From contig JAZUBO010000006.1 in the NCBI GenBank assembly GCA_045638585.1, forward strand, positions 7,907 to 71,906: a DNA stretch of 64,000 nucleotides, written 5' to 3'. The notes under the pieces are model-generated. The model had not been told where the DNA came from and ran no database searches. It was given only the letters and a program-made list of their open reading frames with translations. Source of the stretch: Acutalibacteraceae bacterium. GTDB taxonomy: Bacteria; Bacillota; Clostridia; Oscillospirales; Acutalibacteraceae. Shown piece after piece: positions 9,786-18,674 of this stretch (within the stretch, counting starts at the first letter, position 1; the number at the start of each line of letters is the position of its first letter). Made by a program: the position numbers and the translations under genes.

Positions 9786-10703
9786 TTGAAATTGTACAGA
9801 AATATTTTGATAGTATTTGAAATCGCGATTTTACTTACAGTAATTGTAATTGGTGTTGCTGTGATGGACGGAACTTTATCTCTGGGTAAAAACGAAGAAA
9901 CTACACTTTATGTTACTCAAAAACACACAGAAGAAAGCACGGTTTATAAAGATGATTTCTTTTTAGATGTTGAAAAAGATAAAACACAGTCCGACGGTGA
10001 CTGGCAAGGTAGTAAGGATAATAATGCGATAAGCAATAATCAAAATTCTTCGGGTAGTTCTCTTTCTGACCCTACAGGTTGGTCAACTGCACAGATTATT
10101 GCTAAAGCAAAGGATGCGGTTAATAAAACAAAAGCTTATAACGGAAATTTATCTGTCAATCATTCCGAGAGCTTTACGGCAGATGTTACAGAATGCAGTG
10201 CCGGAGGTATTATCAGAACCGTTGTCGATTTAATGATAGGTTGGGTTGTAAAGCCTGTTGAAGAAACTCTTGTTTTTCAAAACGGAAAAGCAGTTAACTC
10301 CGAAGGGGAAACAGTACCGATAATTCTTCCTAAACGTAACGGTTTTTCTTTAAGCGAAAATGGTGTAGAATCCGCTACGGTACAAAGGGTAGGAAATGAA
10401 TACGTTATAAAGATAACACTTGTTGAAGAATGTGTTGGAATGTACGATGTTCCAAAGCATAATGCAGGTGCAGTTGGTTATCTTGATGTAGCCAATTTCG
10501 ACATAAGCTTTATGGAAGTTGATTCAGCTGATATTGTTTATAAGGGTTCGAGCATTGAACTTAGAATAAATGCAGACGGTTACGTAACCTATGCAAACTA
10601 TAAAATACCACTTCAAATTGATGGCTCTGCCCACAGAGGTTCAATAAGCGGTTCGGCTACCTTTGAGGGTGAGCAAACAGAAGAATGGATATTAAATTTT
10701 TGA
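9786..10703 (+). CDS. Hypothetical membrane-anchored (signal-anchor) protein
   Basis: 305-aa ORF. N-terminal hydrophobic helix ILIVFEIAILLTVIVIGVAV, then a Ser/Asn-rich linker and a ~200-aa domain I cannot place. TTG start without a clear RBS, so the start is uncertain. Confidence 0.5.
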   Translation: MKLYRNILIVFEIAILLTVIVIGVAVMDGTLSLGKNEETTLYVTQKHTEESTVYKDDFFLDVEKDKTQSDGDWQGSKDNNAISNNQNSSGSSLSDPTGWSTAQIIAKAKDAVNKTKAYNGNLSVNHSESFTADVTECSAGGIIRTVVDLMIGWVVKPVEETLVFQNGKAVNSEGETVPIILPKRNGFSLSENGVESATVQRVGNEYVIKITLVEECVGMYDVPKHNAGAVGYLDVANFDISFMEVDSADIVYKGSSIELRINADGYVTYANYKIPLQIDGSAHRGSISGSATFEGEQTEEWILNF

Positions 10704-10716
10704 TTGAGAGGATGTA

Positions 10717-12150
10717 TTGATTATGGGTTTAAAGGAAGCAGCACTTAATACGGCTATAAAACAGGGTGTTGAATATGTAAAAAAAGATTATGACACCAAC
10801 CTTTTCAAGCTTATTTCATGGGGTAAGAAAATGGTTAAGGATGAGCTTCACCTTAAAGTTCTTACAAGATTAGAGGAAAGATTAAGTGACCCCACAAATG
10901 TTTATGCAGACTACGTTAAAAGGGTTATAATGAATACTGACACAAACATTATTCTCAAACTTGTACCCCCGTTTATCAATGCTGTTGTAAAAAGCTATGA
11001 TATAAGAAAGAAAGCAATGGAAGAGCATAACTGCAATATTCCATGGGCAGTTCTTATTGATGTTACTACAGCTTGTAACCTTAAATGTAAAGGCTGCTGG
11101 GCTGCTGAATACGGTGACAAGCTCAATATGAGTTACGATGATTTGAATAAAATAATTCAAGAGGGTAAGGCTTTAGGTACTTACGTTTACCTTTATACAG
11201 GCGGTGAACCTCTTGTTCGTAAAAATGACCTTATAAGAATTTGTAAAGAAAATCCCGATTGCCTTTTCCATGCTTTTACAAACGGTACTCTTTGTGACGA
11301 TGCTTTTGTTGAAAGCTTAAAAGAAGTTGGTAATATGCTTGTGACAATTTCTATTGAGGGTAATGAAGAAACAACTGACTCCCGTAGAGGCGAGGGTACA
11401 TATAAAGCAACAATTGATGCAATGGCACGCTTAAAGGCAGCGGGTGTTCCTTTTGGTACGTCACTTTGCTATACAAAAGAAAATGCAGATGTTATTTCTT
11501 CTGATGAATACGTTGATTTCCTTATTGAGCAGGGTGCAATTTTTGCATGGTTGTTCTCATTCGTGCCTGTTGGTTGTAGTGCTACAGCTGATCTTATGGC
11601 AACTGCAGAACAGAGAAAGCATATGTATGATCAGGTTCGTAAATGGCGTTTCAAAGAGGTTAAACCCCTTGTTATGATCGACTTCTTTAACGACGGTGAG
11701 TATGTCGGTGGTTGTGTTGCAGGCGGTAAGCAGTATTTCCATATCAGTGCAAACGGTGACTGTGAGCCTTGCGTATTTGCTCACTACTCTAATGTTAATA
11801 TCAAAGACCCTGATACTCACTTTATAGATGCTCTAAAGAGTCCTATATTTATGGCTTATAAAGCCCGTCAGCCTTTCTCTGATAATATGCTTCGTGCTTG
11901 TCCTATTGTTGATAATCCCGGCGCAATCAAAAAGATTGTTGAAGAGTCAGGGGCTAAATCTACAGATCTTCAGTCACCCGAAAAGGTTGAAGATTTAATA
12001 GGTAAAACAATAGATGTTGCTCGTAAGTGGAAAGAAACTGCTGATAAAATGGCAGCAGATCATGGCTTTGTTCAGTGGCATATTCGTAGTGTTGATATTT
12101 ACAAAGACTATGAATCAGAGCATATAAAAGACTATGATGAATTTGAATAA
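10717..12150 (+). CDS. Radical SAM enzyme with a C-terminal SPASM/twitch-like Cys motif
   Basis: 477 aa; CNLKCKGCW (CX3CX2C), GGEPL, and later GGC...ANGDCEPC...RACP. About 115-aa N-terminal extension before the core. Start TTG 10717 or ATG 10723, behind GAGAGGA. Confidence 0.8.
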   Translation: MIMGLKEAALNTAIKQGVEYVKKDYDTNLFKLISWGKKMVKDELHLKVLTRLEERLSDPTNVYADYVKRVIMNTDTNIILKLVPPFINAVVKSYDIRKKAMEEHNCNIPWAVLIDVTTACNLKCKGCWAAEYGDKLNMSYDDLNKIIQEGKALGTYVYLYTGGEPLVRKNDLIRICKENPDCLFHAFTNGTLCDDAFVESLKEVGNMLVTISIEGNEETTDSRRGEGTYKATIDAMARLKAAGVPFGTSLCYTKENADVISSDEYVDFLIEQGAIFAWLFSFVPVGCSATADLMATAEQRKHMYDQVRKWRFKEVKPLVMIDFFNDGEYVGGCVAGGKQYFHISANGDCEPCVFAHYSNVNIKDPDTHFIDALKSPIFMAYKARQPFSDNMLRACPIVDNPGAIKKIVEESGAKSTDLQSPEKVEDLIGKTIDVARKWKETADKMAADHGFVQWHIRSVDIYKDYESEHIKDYDEFE

Positions 12151-13717
12151 GTCGATTGAAAGAGCCAAAACTCCCGAATCAGTAGGTATAGACTCCTCGG
12201 TTATCGCAAAGATGACCGAGGAAATGTCATATAGAGGTATCAACGTTCATAGCCTGATGATTTTGCGAGATAACAAAGTAGCTTGTGAAGCATGGAGTAA
12301 ACCACTTGCTCCCGAAATACCCCACACAGCTTATTCTATAAGCAAAAGCTTTTTGGCAACGGCTTACGGCTTTGCCTTGGACGAGGGGAAAATAACAAAA
12401 GGAACAAAGCTTGTGGATGTGTTTCCGGAACTACTCGGAAAGAAAGATGTTTTTTTAGAAAAACTTACAATTCATCATCTTTTGTGTATGATAGCAGGTA
12501 AGCAAACCTCAATACGCGGTAGCAAAAGTGATGATTGGTTAAAGGTATTTGTTAAAGCTAAATGGATTTTTGAACCAGGTACAAGCTGGAGATACGTAAA
12601 CGATAATTATTACGTTGCATCAAAAATGCTTTGTGAGGTTTTAGGTGAATCAATAACTGAGTATCTTATACCTCGTTTGTTTGAGCCTCTTGGAATTGAC
12701 GTCCCGTTTTGGGAACATTCTCCCGATGGCGTTGAAGCAGGCGGTTGGGGGCTTATGCTCAAAACAGAAGATATAGCAAAATTGGTTTTATGCTACCAAA
12801 ACAAAGGTAAGTATAACGGTATTCAGATAATACCTGAATGGTGGACAAAGGAAGCAACAGGTTATATAAGCGACAATTCAGTCAGCGAAAAAGAACCTGA
12901 TGCAAGCGCAGGCTACGGTTGTGGATTCTGGCGTTGTGCAGGTATGAAAAACACTTACAGATGTGAGGGAATGTTTTGTCAGTATGGCATTTCGTTTGAG
13001 GATTACGGTGCTGCTCTTATTATGACCTCGGAGCATAGCGATTTACAGGAAACCCTTGATGTTATATGGGAATATATGCCGAAAGCATTTATTGAACCCG
13101 ATTCAGAAAAAGAAAGTCAAACAGTATCTTTACCCGATAAATCAAACGTAATTGTTAAGCCACGTTTCCAAACAGAAAAACTGATAAACGGTAAAACGTA
13201 TACAATAAGAAAATGTAAGTTTATAAATTTCATAGGCTTTCCTATAAGCGTATTTCCTATGCCTATCGTCTTTTTTGCAAAAGACAGAGGCGGTAATATG
13301 AATAATTTGAAGTTTGAATTCAATGATATTGGTTGCACGTTTTCTTGGAAAGAAGATGGTGGGTTTAAAAATAAAATTCAAATTTCTATGAATGGTGATG
13401 CAAGTATTGATGAGGTCGTTATCGGTGAACTCAAGCTACTTGTGAGGTCTTATGCGTATTGGGAAAATGAAAACACTCTTATAATGCATATAAGACCGCT
13501 TTCATCGGTAGCAGAAAGAGTGCTTAAATTTGAATTTAAAGGGAATAAAATAAAAATGCATCCAAGCTATATTCCGGGTACAGACGAAAAGGCACAAAAA
13601 GTAGGGGATAAGCTGAAATGTATTTTAATCGGGAAATGGTTCCATTGGTGGATTGATTTTCTCGTTCCAAGAGTTGGAAGAATTCTAAACCCGACTCATT
13701 ACGGTCGAGCAACATAA
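12134..13717 (+). CDS. Beta-lactamase-fold serine hydrolase (class C / PBP4*-like family) with a ~190-aa C-terminal extension
   Basis: 527 aa; SxxK motif YSISKSF, YxN motif RYVNDNYY. Overlaps the radical-SAM stop by 17 nt, which suggests translational coupling. Confidence 0.8.
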   Translation: MMNLNKSIERAKTPESVGIDSSVIAKMTEEMSYRGINVHSLMILRDNKVACEAWSKPLAPEIPHTAYSISKSFLATAYGFALDEGKITKGTKLVDVFPELLGKKDVFLEKLTIHHLLCMIAGKQTSIRGSKSDDWLKVFVKAKWIFEPGTSWRYVNDNYYVASKMLCEVLGESITEYLIPRLFEPLGIDVPFWEHSPDGVEAGGWGLMLKTEDIAKLVLCYQNKGKYNGIQIIPEWWTKEATGYISDNSVSEKEPDASAGYGCGFWRCAGMKNTYRCEGMFCQYGISFEDYGAALIMTSEHSDLQETLDVIWEYMPKAFIEPDSEKESQTVSLPDKSNVIVKPRFQTEKLINGKTYTIRKCKFINFIGFPISVFPMPIVFFAKDRGGNMNNLKFEFNDIGCTFSWKEDGGFKNKIQISMNGDASIDEVVIGELKLLVRSYAYWENENTLIMHIRPLSSVAERVLKFEFKGNKIKMHPSYIPGTDEKAQKVGDKLKCILIGKWFHWWIDFLVPRVGRILNPTHYGRAT

Positions 13718-13720
13718 TAA

Positions 13721-13760
13721 AACGGAGTGTTCACTGAAATAAGTGAACACTCCGTTTTTG
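13721..13760 (+). terminator. Intrinsic terminator after the serine hydrolase gene
   Basis: AACGGAGTGTTCAC - TGAAATA - AGTGAACACTCCGTT followed by TTTTG. Confidence 0.85.
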
Positions 13761-13781
13761 CAATTATAAGCGAAAATGCTA

Positions 13782-13824
13782 TTGACAAACCTGTCTATTG
13801 GTGGTAGACTACAGTTGTAGTCTA
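13782..13824 (+). promoter_or_regulatory. blaI promoter with an overlapping BlaI/MecI-type palindromic operator
   Basis: TTGACA (13782-13787), 17-nt spacer, TAGACT (13805-13810). The -10 is the left arm of the perfect dyad TAGACTACA-GT-TGTAGTCTA (13805-13824), which contains the TACA/TGTA core of BlaI-family operators. Confidence 0.65.
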
Positions 13825-13853
13825 TAGTGAATAGACAGTTCGGAGGTGTTCTT

Positions 13854-14216
13854 ATGAATGAAATTAAATTAGGTATGGTTGAGGCTCGTTTTGCCGATAT
13901 TGTTTGGGATAATGCCCCTTTAACCACAAAAGAGCTTGTTGCTTTATGTGAAAAAGAGCTTAGCTGGAAAAGAACAACTACTTATACAGTTTTAAAAAAG
14001 CTTTGCGAAAGGGGATTGTTTAAAACCGAGAACAGCGTTGTTACATCGTTGATTTCTAAAAATGAGTTTTATGCAATACAAAGTGAAAAGTTTGTTGAGG
14101 AAACCTTTGACGGGTCTTTACCCGCTTTTATTGCCGCTTTTTCAACACGAAAAAAGCCAACCCCTAAAGAGCTTGAAGAAATAAAGAAAATGATAGACTC
14201 CTTCGGGGAGGTGTAA
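13854..14216 (+). CDS. BlaI/MecI/CopY-family transcriptional repressor
   Basis: ATG at 13854 behind GGAGG; the ORF-track GTG at 13827 lacks an RBS. Winged-helix N-terminus (MNEIKLGMVEARFADIVWD...TTKELV...SWKRTTTYTVLKKLCERG) typical of the Penicillinase_R family. Confidence 0.85.
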   Translation: MNEIKLGMVEARFADIVWDNAPLTTKELVALCEKELSWKRTTTYTVLKKLCERGLFKTENSVVTSLISKNEFYAIQSEKFVEETFDGSLPAFIAAFSTRKKPTPKELEEIKKMIDSFGEV

Positions 14217-14218
14217 AT

Positions 14219-17200
14219 ATGACCGATATTTTTTTAGATTTATTCAATATGAGTATAACCGCAACGTATCTTGTTCTGGCAATTGTGGTTGCAAGGTTTT
14301 TATTGAAAAAAGCACCAAAATGGGTGAATTGCTTAATGTGGCTTCTGGTTGGTATCAGGTTGGTTTGCCCGTTTTCTTTTGAAAGTGCGTTAAGCCTTGT
14401 TCCAAGCTCACAAACTATCTCGGTAAATACAGAGTCTGTGGGCAGACCCTTTACAATTCAAACAGGTGTTCCGATTGTTGATACAGGTATAAACGATTAT
14501 ATGGGCGATAAATATTACGAGGGTGTTACCGTACCAACTAATACCTTTGCAAATTTTACATCGGTTTTGAGTGTTATATGGCTTATAGGTTTAATAGGTT
14601 TGCTTGTTTACGGTTTAGTGTCATATATTCGTTTGAGGAAAAAGGTAGGTCCATCGCTTCTTTTTAAAGAGAAAATTTATTTTTGCGATAATATCGATAC
14701 CCCCTTTATTCTCGGTGTTTTAAGACCAAGAATCTACGTACCGTCAGGTATAGGCGAAGAACAGTTGAATTATATAATTATGCACGAAAAAGCACACCTT
14801 AAACGAAAAGACCATTTCTGGAAGCCGTTAGCTTTCATTCTTTTGTCGGTTTATTGGTTTAACCCTGCAATATGGGTTGCGTATATTTTACTTTGTCGTG
14901 ATATAGAAAGTGCGTGCGATGAAAAAGTAATAAAAAATATGGATAACGCCGAAAAGAAAAGCTATTCTGAAACCTTGGTGTCCTGCAGTGTGCAAAGAAG
15001 AATGGTTATGTCTTGCCCCGTAGCCTTCGGTGAGGTTGGGGTAAAGCAACGAATTAAATCTGTTCTTAACTACAAAAAACCTGCATTTTGGGTAATAATT
15101 TTATCGTTTGTTTTATTTGCTGTCGTAGCTGTATGCTTTATAAGCAATCCTGTGAATGATAAAGTGAATAAAATTTTAAATGAAGACGGTTACGAGGTTT
15201 TAAGTGCAAACGAAACAATAGTTTCTTTTACCTTTAATTCAGAAGTAATAAAGCCGGAAATGACTAAAGACGGAATATATAAGGTTAAAGGCAGGGATAT
15301 CCTTATGGATTGCGTTGCCTTTAACGTAAAAGAGATTCAAAGCCGTGACAGCGAGTTTATTTTTACTTTCGACGTGACTTATGAGAACGTACCCGATGAA
15401 GGCACAATTTATGTGTTGGACGCCACTCAGTTTGATGGCGGTTTAGATTTAGGGGATGAAATAAAAGTTTCAGATCCGTTTGGAGACGTAATTGCCGACA
15501 CTCCCGGCAGCTATACTTCATATTGCCATTCAAAAGGACCGGATACAGAGTTTTGCTTCTCTGTTCCTAAGATTTGGTTTGAAAACAAATCCGATAACAA
15601 AATTGTTGTTGATTTAGAAGTGCTTGAAATCGTTTACGAAAAAGCAAAATCAAGCTCCTCATTAGGTATAATCGGCGGTGCTGACGGACCGACCTCAATA
15701 ATAGTTGCAGACAGAAACTCTGAAAAAGAGCTTAAGAAATTAAAAGAAAAATACCCCCATTTCTTTAATTTAGATACTCAAGAGGGGCTTACGGTTTATA
15801 TTACAAAAACGAGCAGGGATAATTATGAATGCTTTATTTCATCAAATAAAAACCCAACAGATCCTCAGAAAGTTTTGCATTTCGATGAGTTTGCAAGTAT
15901 CGGTGAAATGAGAACTATTCTTTCTGTTTATGCTCTCGAAAATGAAAAAGTCACCGTTACACCGTTTCAGCATATGCTGTCAAGCTATCTCTGGGATGAT
16001 GACGAGGTTTCAATTACAAATCTCTACTTGCTTTTAGGCTTTGAGTCTTACAGCACAAATACGGGTATAATGCACAAGGTTTATGATAAATATTATTATG
16101 CTTATATTGATATAGAAAGCGACAGAACACAATACGGGTTATACTATTTATCGGACGCAGAATCAGGCAAATACATTCTTGTTGATAATTTAGGCTCGAT
16201 GAAACCGTATTTCGTTGTTTACGAGGATACCCTGTTTTATACCGGTGAAAATAAATTGAAAAGCGTAAGCCCTGATGGAACTTATGCTGTAACTGTTTAT
16301 GGTGGCTCTTATTATGATTCCGAGCTTGATTACAATATACATTCTATTGAGATAGCAAAAAATGGATATATATATTGCAGAGCTGACCGATGGGGAAAAA
16401 CTCCCGAAACAAAGAACGACAGAGAAACGGTTTATTTATCGGTGAGAATTCTTGACGGCTTATTTGAAGAAATATCTGAAAACGATATCCCTGCTGATAT
16501 GACGGTTTACGATGACGCGTTAAGCAATATAAAAACAACTCTTAATACGGGTTATGAAAATATATTGGTTAAGGGCTTCAGGGTGAAATATAATGCCAAC
16601 GGCAAATTAGATAGTGCTATTTTCAGAGTATGGGTGTATAAGGATACTATAGCCAACGAGGATTTCTGGACAGAGGGTAATGTTCTTGTGACTTTCGATG
16701 GCACAGCATTTTTCAACGTTATAAACGAAGAAATTGTGTTGCTTTCGGAATATAACCCGAAAAACAATGGCAGCTTGCTTACAATTGATAAAATTATGCC
16801 GAAAATAAAGCTTGCTGTTGCTGAATCGGCTTCTTCTGAAAAAGATAATTCATTAGAGTATTATATTTTAAGTTTTGAGGAAGAAAAGTATGTTGAGTAT
16901 GTTGCAAGTGAGGCTTCAGAAGCAGATTATTTAATTGAAGCAGACGGTAGCTTTAAAAAGACTACGAAACCGAAAACGCTTACAACCGAAGCATATCAAG
17001 TTCCAAATAAAATTTATTTCATACTTGTTCCTCATTTTAATAAAGCTTCAACCGATAATTTTATTTTTGAGGAAGATGAAAACCTCGTTTCAAAGGATTA
17101 TAAGGTAATGCTTTTTGAAAAAGAGAACGACGAAGCAAATAAAAAACAAAGCGAAACAGATTCTGAAAAAGCAACGTCACCCACAACCTCACCCTACGTA

Positions 17201-17275
17201 GACTTTTTCACCCCATCAGGTGAGAGGGTAGTAGAAAAAGTTGACGGTGATGAGATTAAGAGTTATACGTTTTGA
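14219..17275 (+). CDS. BlaR1/MecR1-like M56 peptidase signal transducer with a ~700-aa non-PBP extracellular domain
   Basis: 1018 aa. N-terminal multi-TM M56 domain with zinc motif HEKAHLKRKDH, a further TM (AFWVIILSFVLFAVVAVCFI), then a long C-terminal region in which I see no convincing SxxK/KTG penicillin-binding motifs. Confidence 0.8.
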   Translation: MTDIFLDLFNMSITATYLVLAIVVARFLLKKAPKWVNCLMWLLVGIRLVCPFSFESALSLVPSSQTISVNTESVGRPFTIQTGVPIVDTGINDYMGDKYYEGVTVPTNTFANFTSVLSVIWLIGLIGLLVYGLVSYIRLRKKVGPSLLFKEKIYFCDNIDTPFILGVLRPRIYVPSGIGEEQLNYIIMHEKAHLKRKDHFWKPLAFILLSVYWFNPAIWVAYILLCRDIESACDEKVIKNMDNAEKKSYSETLVSCSVQRRMVMSCPVAFGEVGVKQRIKSVLNYKKPAFWVIILSFVLFAVVAVCFISNPVNDKVNKILNEDGYEVLSANETIVSFTFNSEVIKPEMTKDGIYKVKGRDILMDCVAFNVKEIQSRDSEFIFTFDVTYENVPDEGTIYVLDATQFDGGLDLGDEIKVSDPFGDVIADTPGSYTSYCHSKGPDTEFCFSVPKIWFENKSDNKIVVDLEVLEIVYEKAKSSSSLGIIGGADGPTSIIVADRNSEKELKKLKEKYPHFFNLDTQEGLTVYITKTSRDNYECFISSNKNPTDPQKVLHFDEFASIGEMRTILSVYALENEKVTVTPFQHMLSSYLWDDDEVSITNLYLLLGFESYSTNTGIMHKVYDKYYYAYIDIESDRTQYGLYYLSDAESGKYILVDNLGSMKPYFVVYEDTLFYTGENKLKSVSPDGTYAVTVYGGSYYDSELDYNIHSIEIAKNGYIYCRADRWGKTPETKNDRETVYLSVRILDGLFEEISENDIPADMTVYDDALSNIKTTLNTGYENILVKGFRVKYNANGKLDSAIFRVWVYKDTIANEDFWTEGNVLVTFDGTAFFNVINEEIVLLSEYNPKNNGSLLTIDKIMPKIKLAVAESASSEKDNSLEYYILSFEEEKYVEYVASEASEADYLIEADGSFKKTTKPKTLTTEAYQVPNKIYFILVPHFNKASTDNFIFEEDENLVSKDYKVMLFEKENDEANKKQSETDSEKATSPTTSPYVDFFTPSGERVVEKVDGDEIKSYTF

Positions 17276-17333
17276 GTAAGAATAAACAGTATCACGTTTT
17301 AGTGAAGAGTGAAAAGTGAATAGTGAATAAGTA

Positions 17334-17366
17334 AAAAATCCTCGTTCGATTGAACGAGGATTTTTT
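17334..17366. terminator. Bidirectional intrinsic terminator
   Basis: AAAAAATCCTCGTTC - GATT - GAACGAGGATTTTTT. Confidence 0.8.
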
Positions 17367-17399
17367 GGAGCTTGTGACGAAAATCAAACCTGCAACCTG
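17366..17399 (-). pseudogene. Degenerate 3'-terminal fragment of a tRNA-Thr gene (T-arm, acceptor 3' strand and CCA)
   Basis: TGGAGCTTGTGACGAAAATCAAACCTGCAACCTG is 30/34 identical to 18462-18495, the 3' third of the intact tRNA-Thr. No 5' two-thirds is adjacent. Confidence 0.7.
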
Positions 17400-17450
17400 T
17401 GGTTGTAGTTAAGGGTGGATTTTTAAAAGTGGATAATTAATAAGATTCAA

Positions 17451-18341
17451 TTACTGTCCGATGATTGTTTCGGGTATTTCTTGAGTGGTGTAGCCAAAAT
17501 TCTCAATCTGCTTTATAAGATTATTAAAACGGAATTTTGTGTTTTCTTTAGCTATAAATTCTATCAATTTGTTCTTTTCGATAAATTTTATCATAATGGG
17601 TTTGGGTGATGTGTAGAAAGTAATGGAAAGGTTAACTGTTTCTCTTTCGCCAACGCAATTTTTCGTGCTATTTTCGTTTTGTTGGAAATTATATGCGCAT
17701 TCTTTGAAGTTGATAAAACGAAATGATTTGAGTGAGATACCGTATTCGGTTATACACGTGATTTCGTTTTCTGTGAAAGCATCATAATCTTCAAAAGTAA
17801 TAGGTTTGTTTGTTGGAATGTCGTTTTGAAGCGCAACTGCTTTATCGTATAGATTGTACCACTCTGCAACAAAAGCGCTATAACCATCTTTGTCGAAATC
17901 ATCTTCAAATTCACGAGGTGGATTTGATTTGTAAAATTCTATCATCTGTTTTGCAAAGGCTAACACAGCATTTTTATATTCTGCAAATGGAACCTGATAT
18001 TCGGTATTATCTTCTGTTGTAATAGTAATGTTTCCTTGTTGATGGATAATATTGAAATCAATGCCATTGCTACAACCGATAATGTTGACAGCGTTTTTGT
18101 CTTCGGTAGGAATCATTGTATGCCCGCAACAGGGGATTAAAAAATCTTCTGTACCCATAAAATGATTTTCAAAGAGAGTGTGCAAAAATCTGTATGCTGA
18201 TGCACTTATACACCATTCTGTTTTGTCTGAGAGAAGAGTATCATCAATTTTGAAAATAACCTTGCCATGAACACAGCAATCATATGTCTGTTCTTTTTCA
18301 GTATTACCACGAAAAAATAAATCTTGAGCATAGAGTTCCAT
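17451..18341 (-). CDS. Hypothetical protein, an orphan gene between the tRNA-Thr gene and its degenerate 3' copy
   Basis: The likely start is the ATG at 18341 (MELYAQDLFF...) behind GGAGGTGG; the ORF track extends to 18404. About 296 aa with no motif I recognise. Visibly more A+T-rich than its neighbours. Confidence 0.6.
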   Translation of the reverse strand: MELYAQDLFFRGNTEKEQTYDCCVHGKVIFKIDDTLLSDKTEWCISASAYRFLHTLFENHFMGTEDFLIPCCGHTMIPTEDKNAVNIIGCSNGIDFNIIHQQGNITITTEDNTEYQVPFAEYKNAVLAFAKQMIEFYKSNPPREFEDDFDKDGYSAFVAEWYNLYDKAVALQNDIPTNKPITFEDYDAFTENEITCITEYGISLKSFRFINFKECAYNFQQNENSTKNCVGERETVNLSITFYTSPKPIMIKFIEKNKLIEFIAKENTKFRFNNLIKQIENFGYTTQEIPETIIGQ

Positions 18342-18422
18342 ATATCCACCTCCAATGTTTATATTATAGCAGAAATATGTGATTTGTCCAATTTTATAAA
18401 ACATCTATTGAGATACAGAATC

Positions 18423-18461
18423 AAAAAGCCGAGTAAACCCTTGAGTTTGCTCGGTCTTTTT
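18423..18461 (-). terminator. Intrinsic terminator immediately after tRNA-Thr
   Basis: CCGAGTAAAC - 6 nt loop - GTTTGCTCGG flanked by an A-run and a T-run. On the minus strand it directly follows the tRNA CCA end. Confidence 0.7.
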
Positions 18462-18536
18462 TGGAGCTGGTGACGGGAATCGAACCTGCAACCTGCTCAT
18501 TACGAATGAGCTGCTCTGCCATTGAGCCACACCAGC
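18462..18536 (-). tRNA. tRNA-Thr (anticodon CGU), CCA encoded
   Basis: The reverse complement folds as a cloverleaf: GCTGGTG / TG / GCTC-AATGGCA-GAGC / A / GCTCA-TTCGTAA-TGAGC / AGGTT / GCAGG-TTCGATT-CCCGT / CACCAGC / T / CCA. The T-stem has one A-C mismatch and one G-U. Confidence 0.8.
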
Positions 18537-18600
18537 GGATATTTAATTTTGATTTGTCGGAATGGTGAGGGAAAAGGTGATATCCTTAAATACAACCAAA

Positions 18601-18648
18601 GACCTGCTCATTACGAATGAGCTGCTCTACCAACTGAGCTATTCCAGC
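18601..18648 (-). pseudogene. Truncated tRNA-Thr(CGU)-like gene: 5' two-thirds only, no T-arm or acceptor 3' strand
   Basis: GCTGGAA TA GCTC AGTTGGTA GAGC A GCTCA TTCGTAA TGAGC AGGTC is a normal acceptor 5' strand, D-arm and anticodon arm. The following ~60 nt (TTTGGTTGTATTTAAGGATATCACC...) cannot form a T-arm or pair with GCTGGAA. Confidence 0.6.
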
Positions 18649-18674
18649 TAATTTTATTTTGAAACACAAACAGT

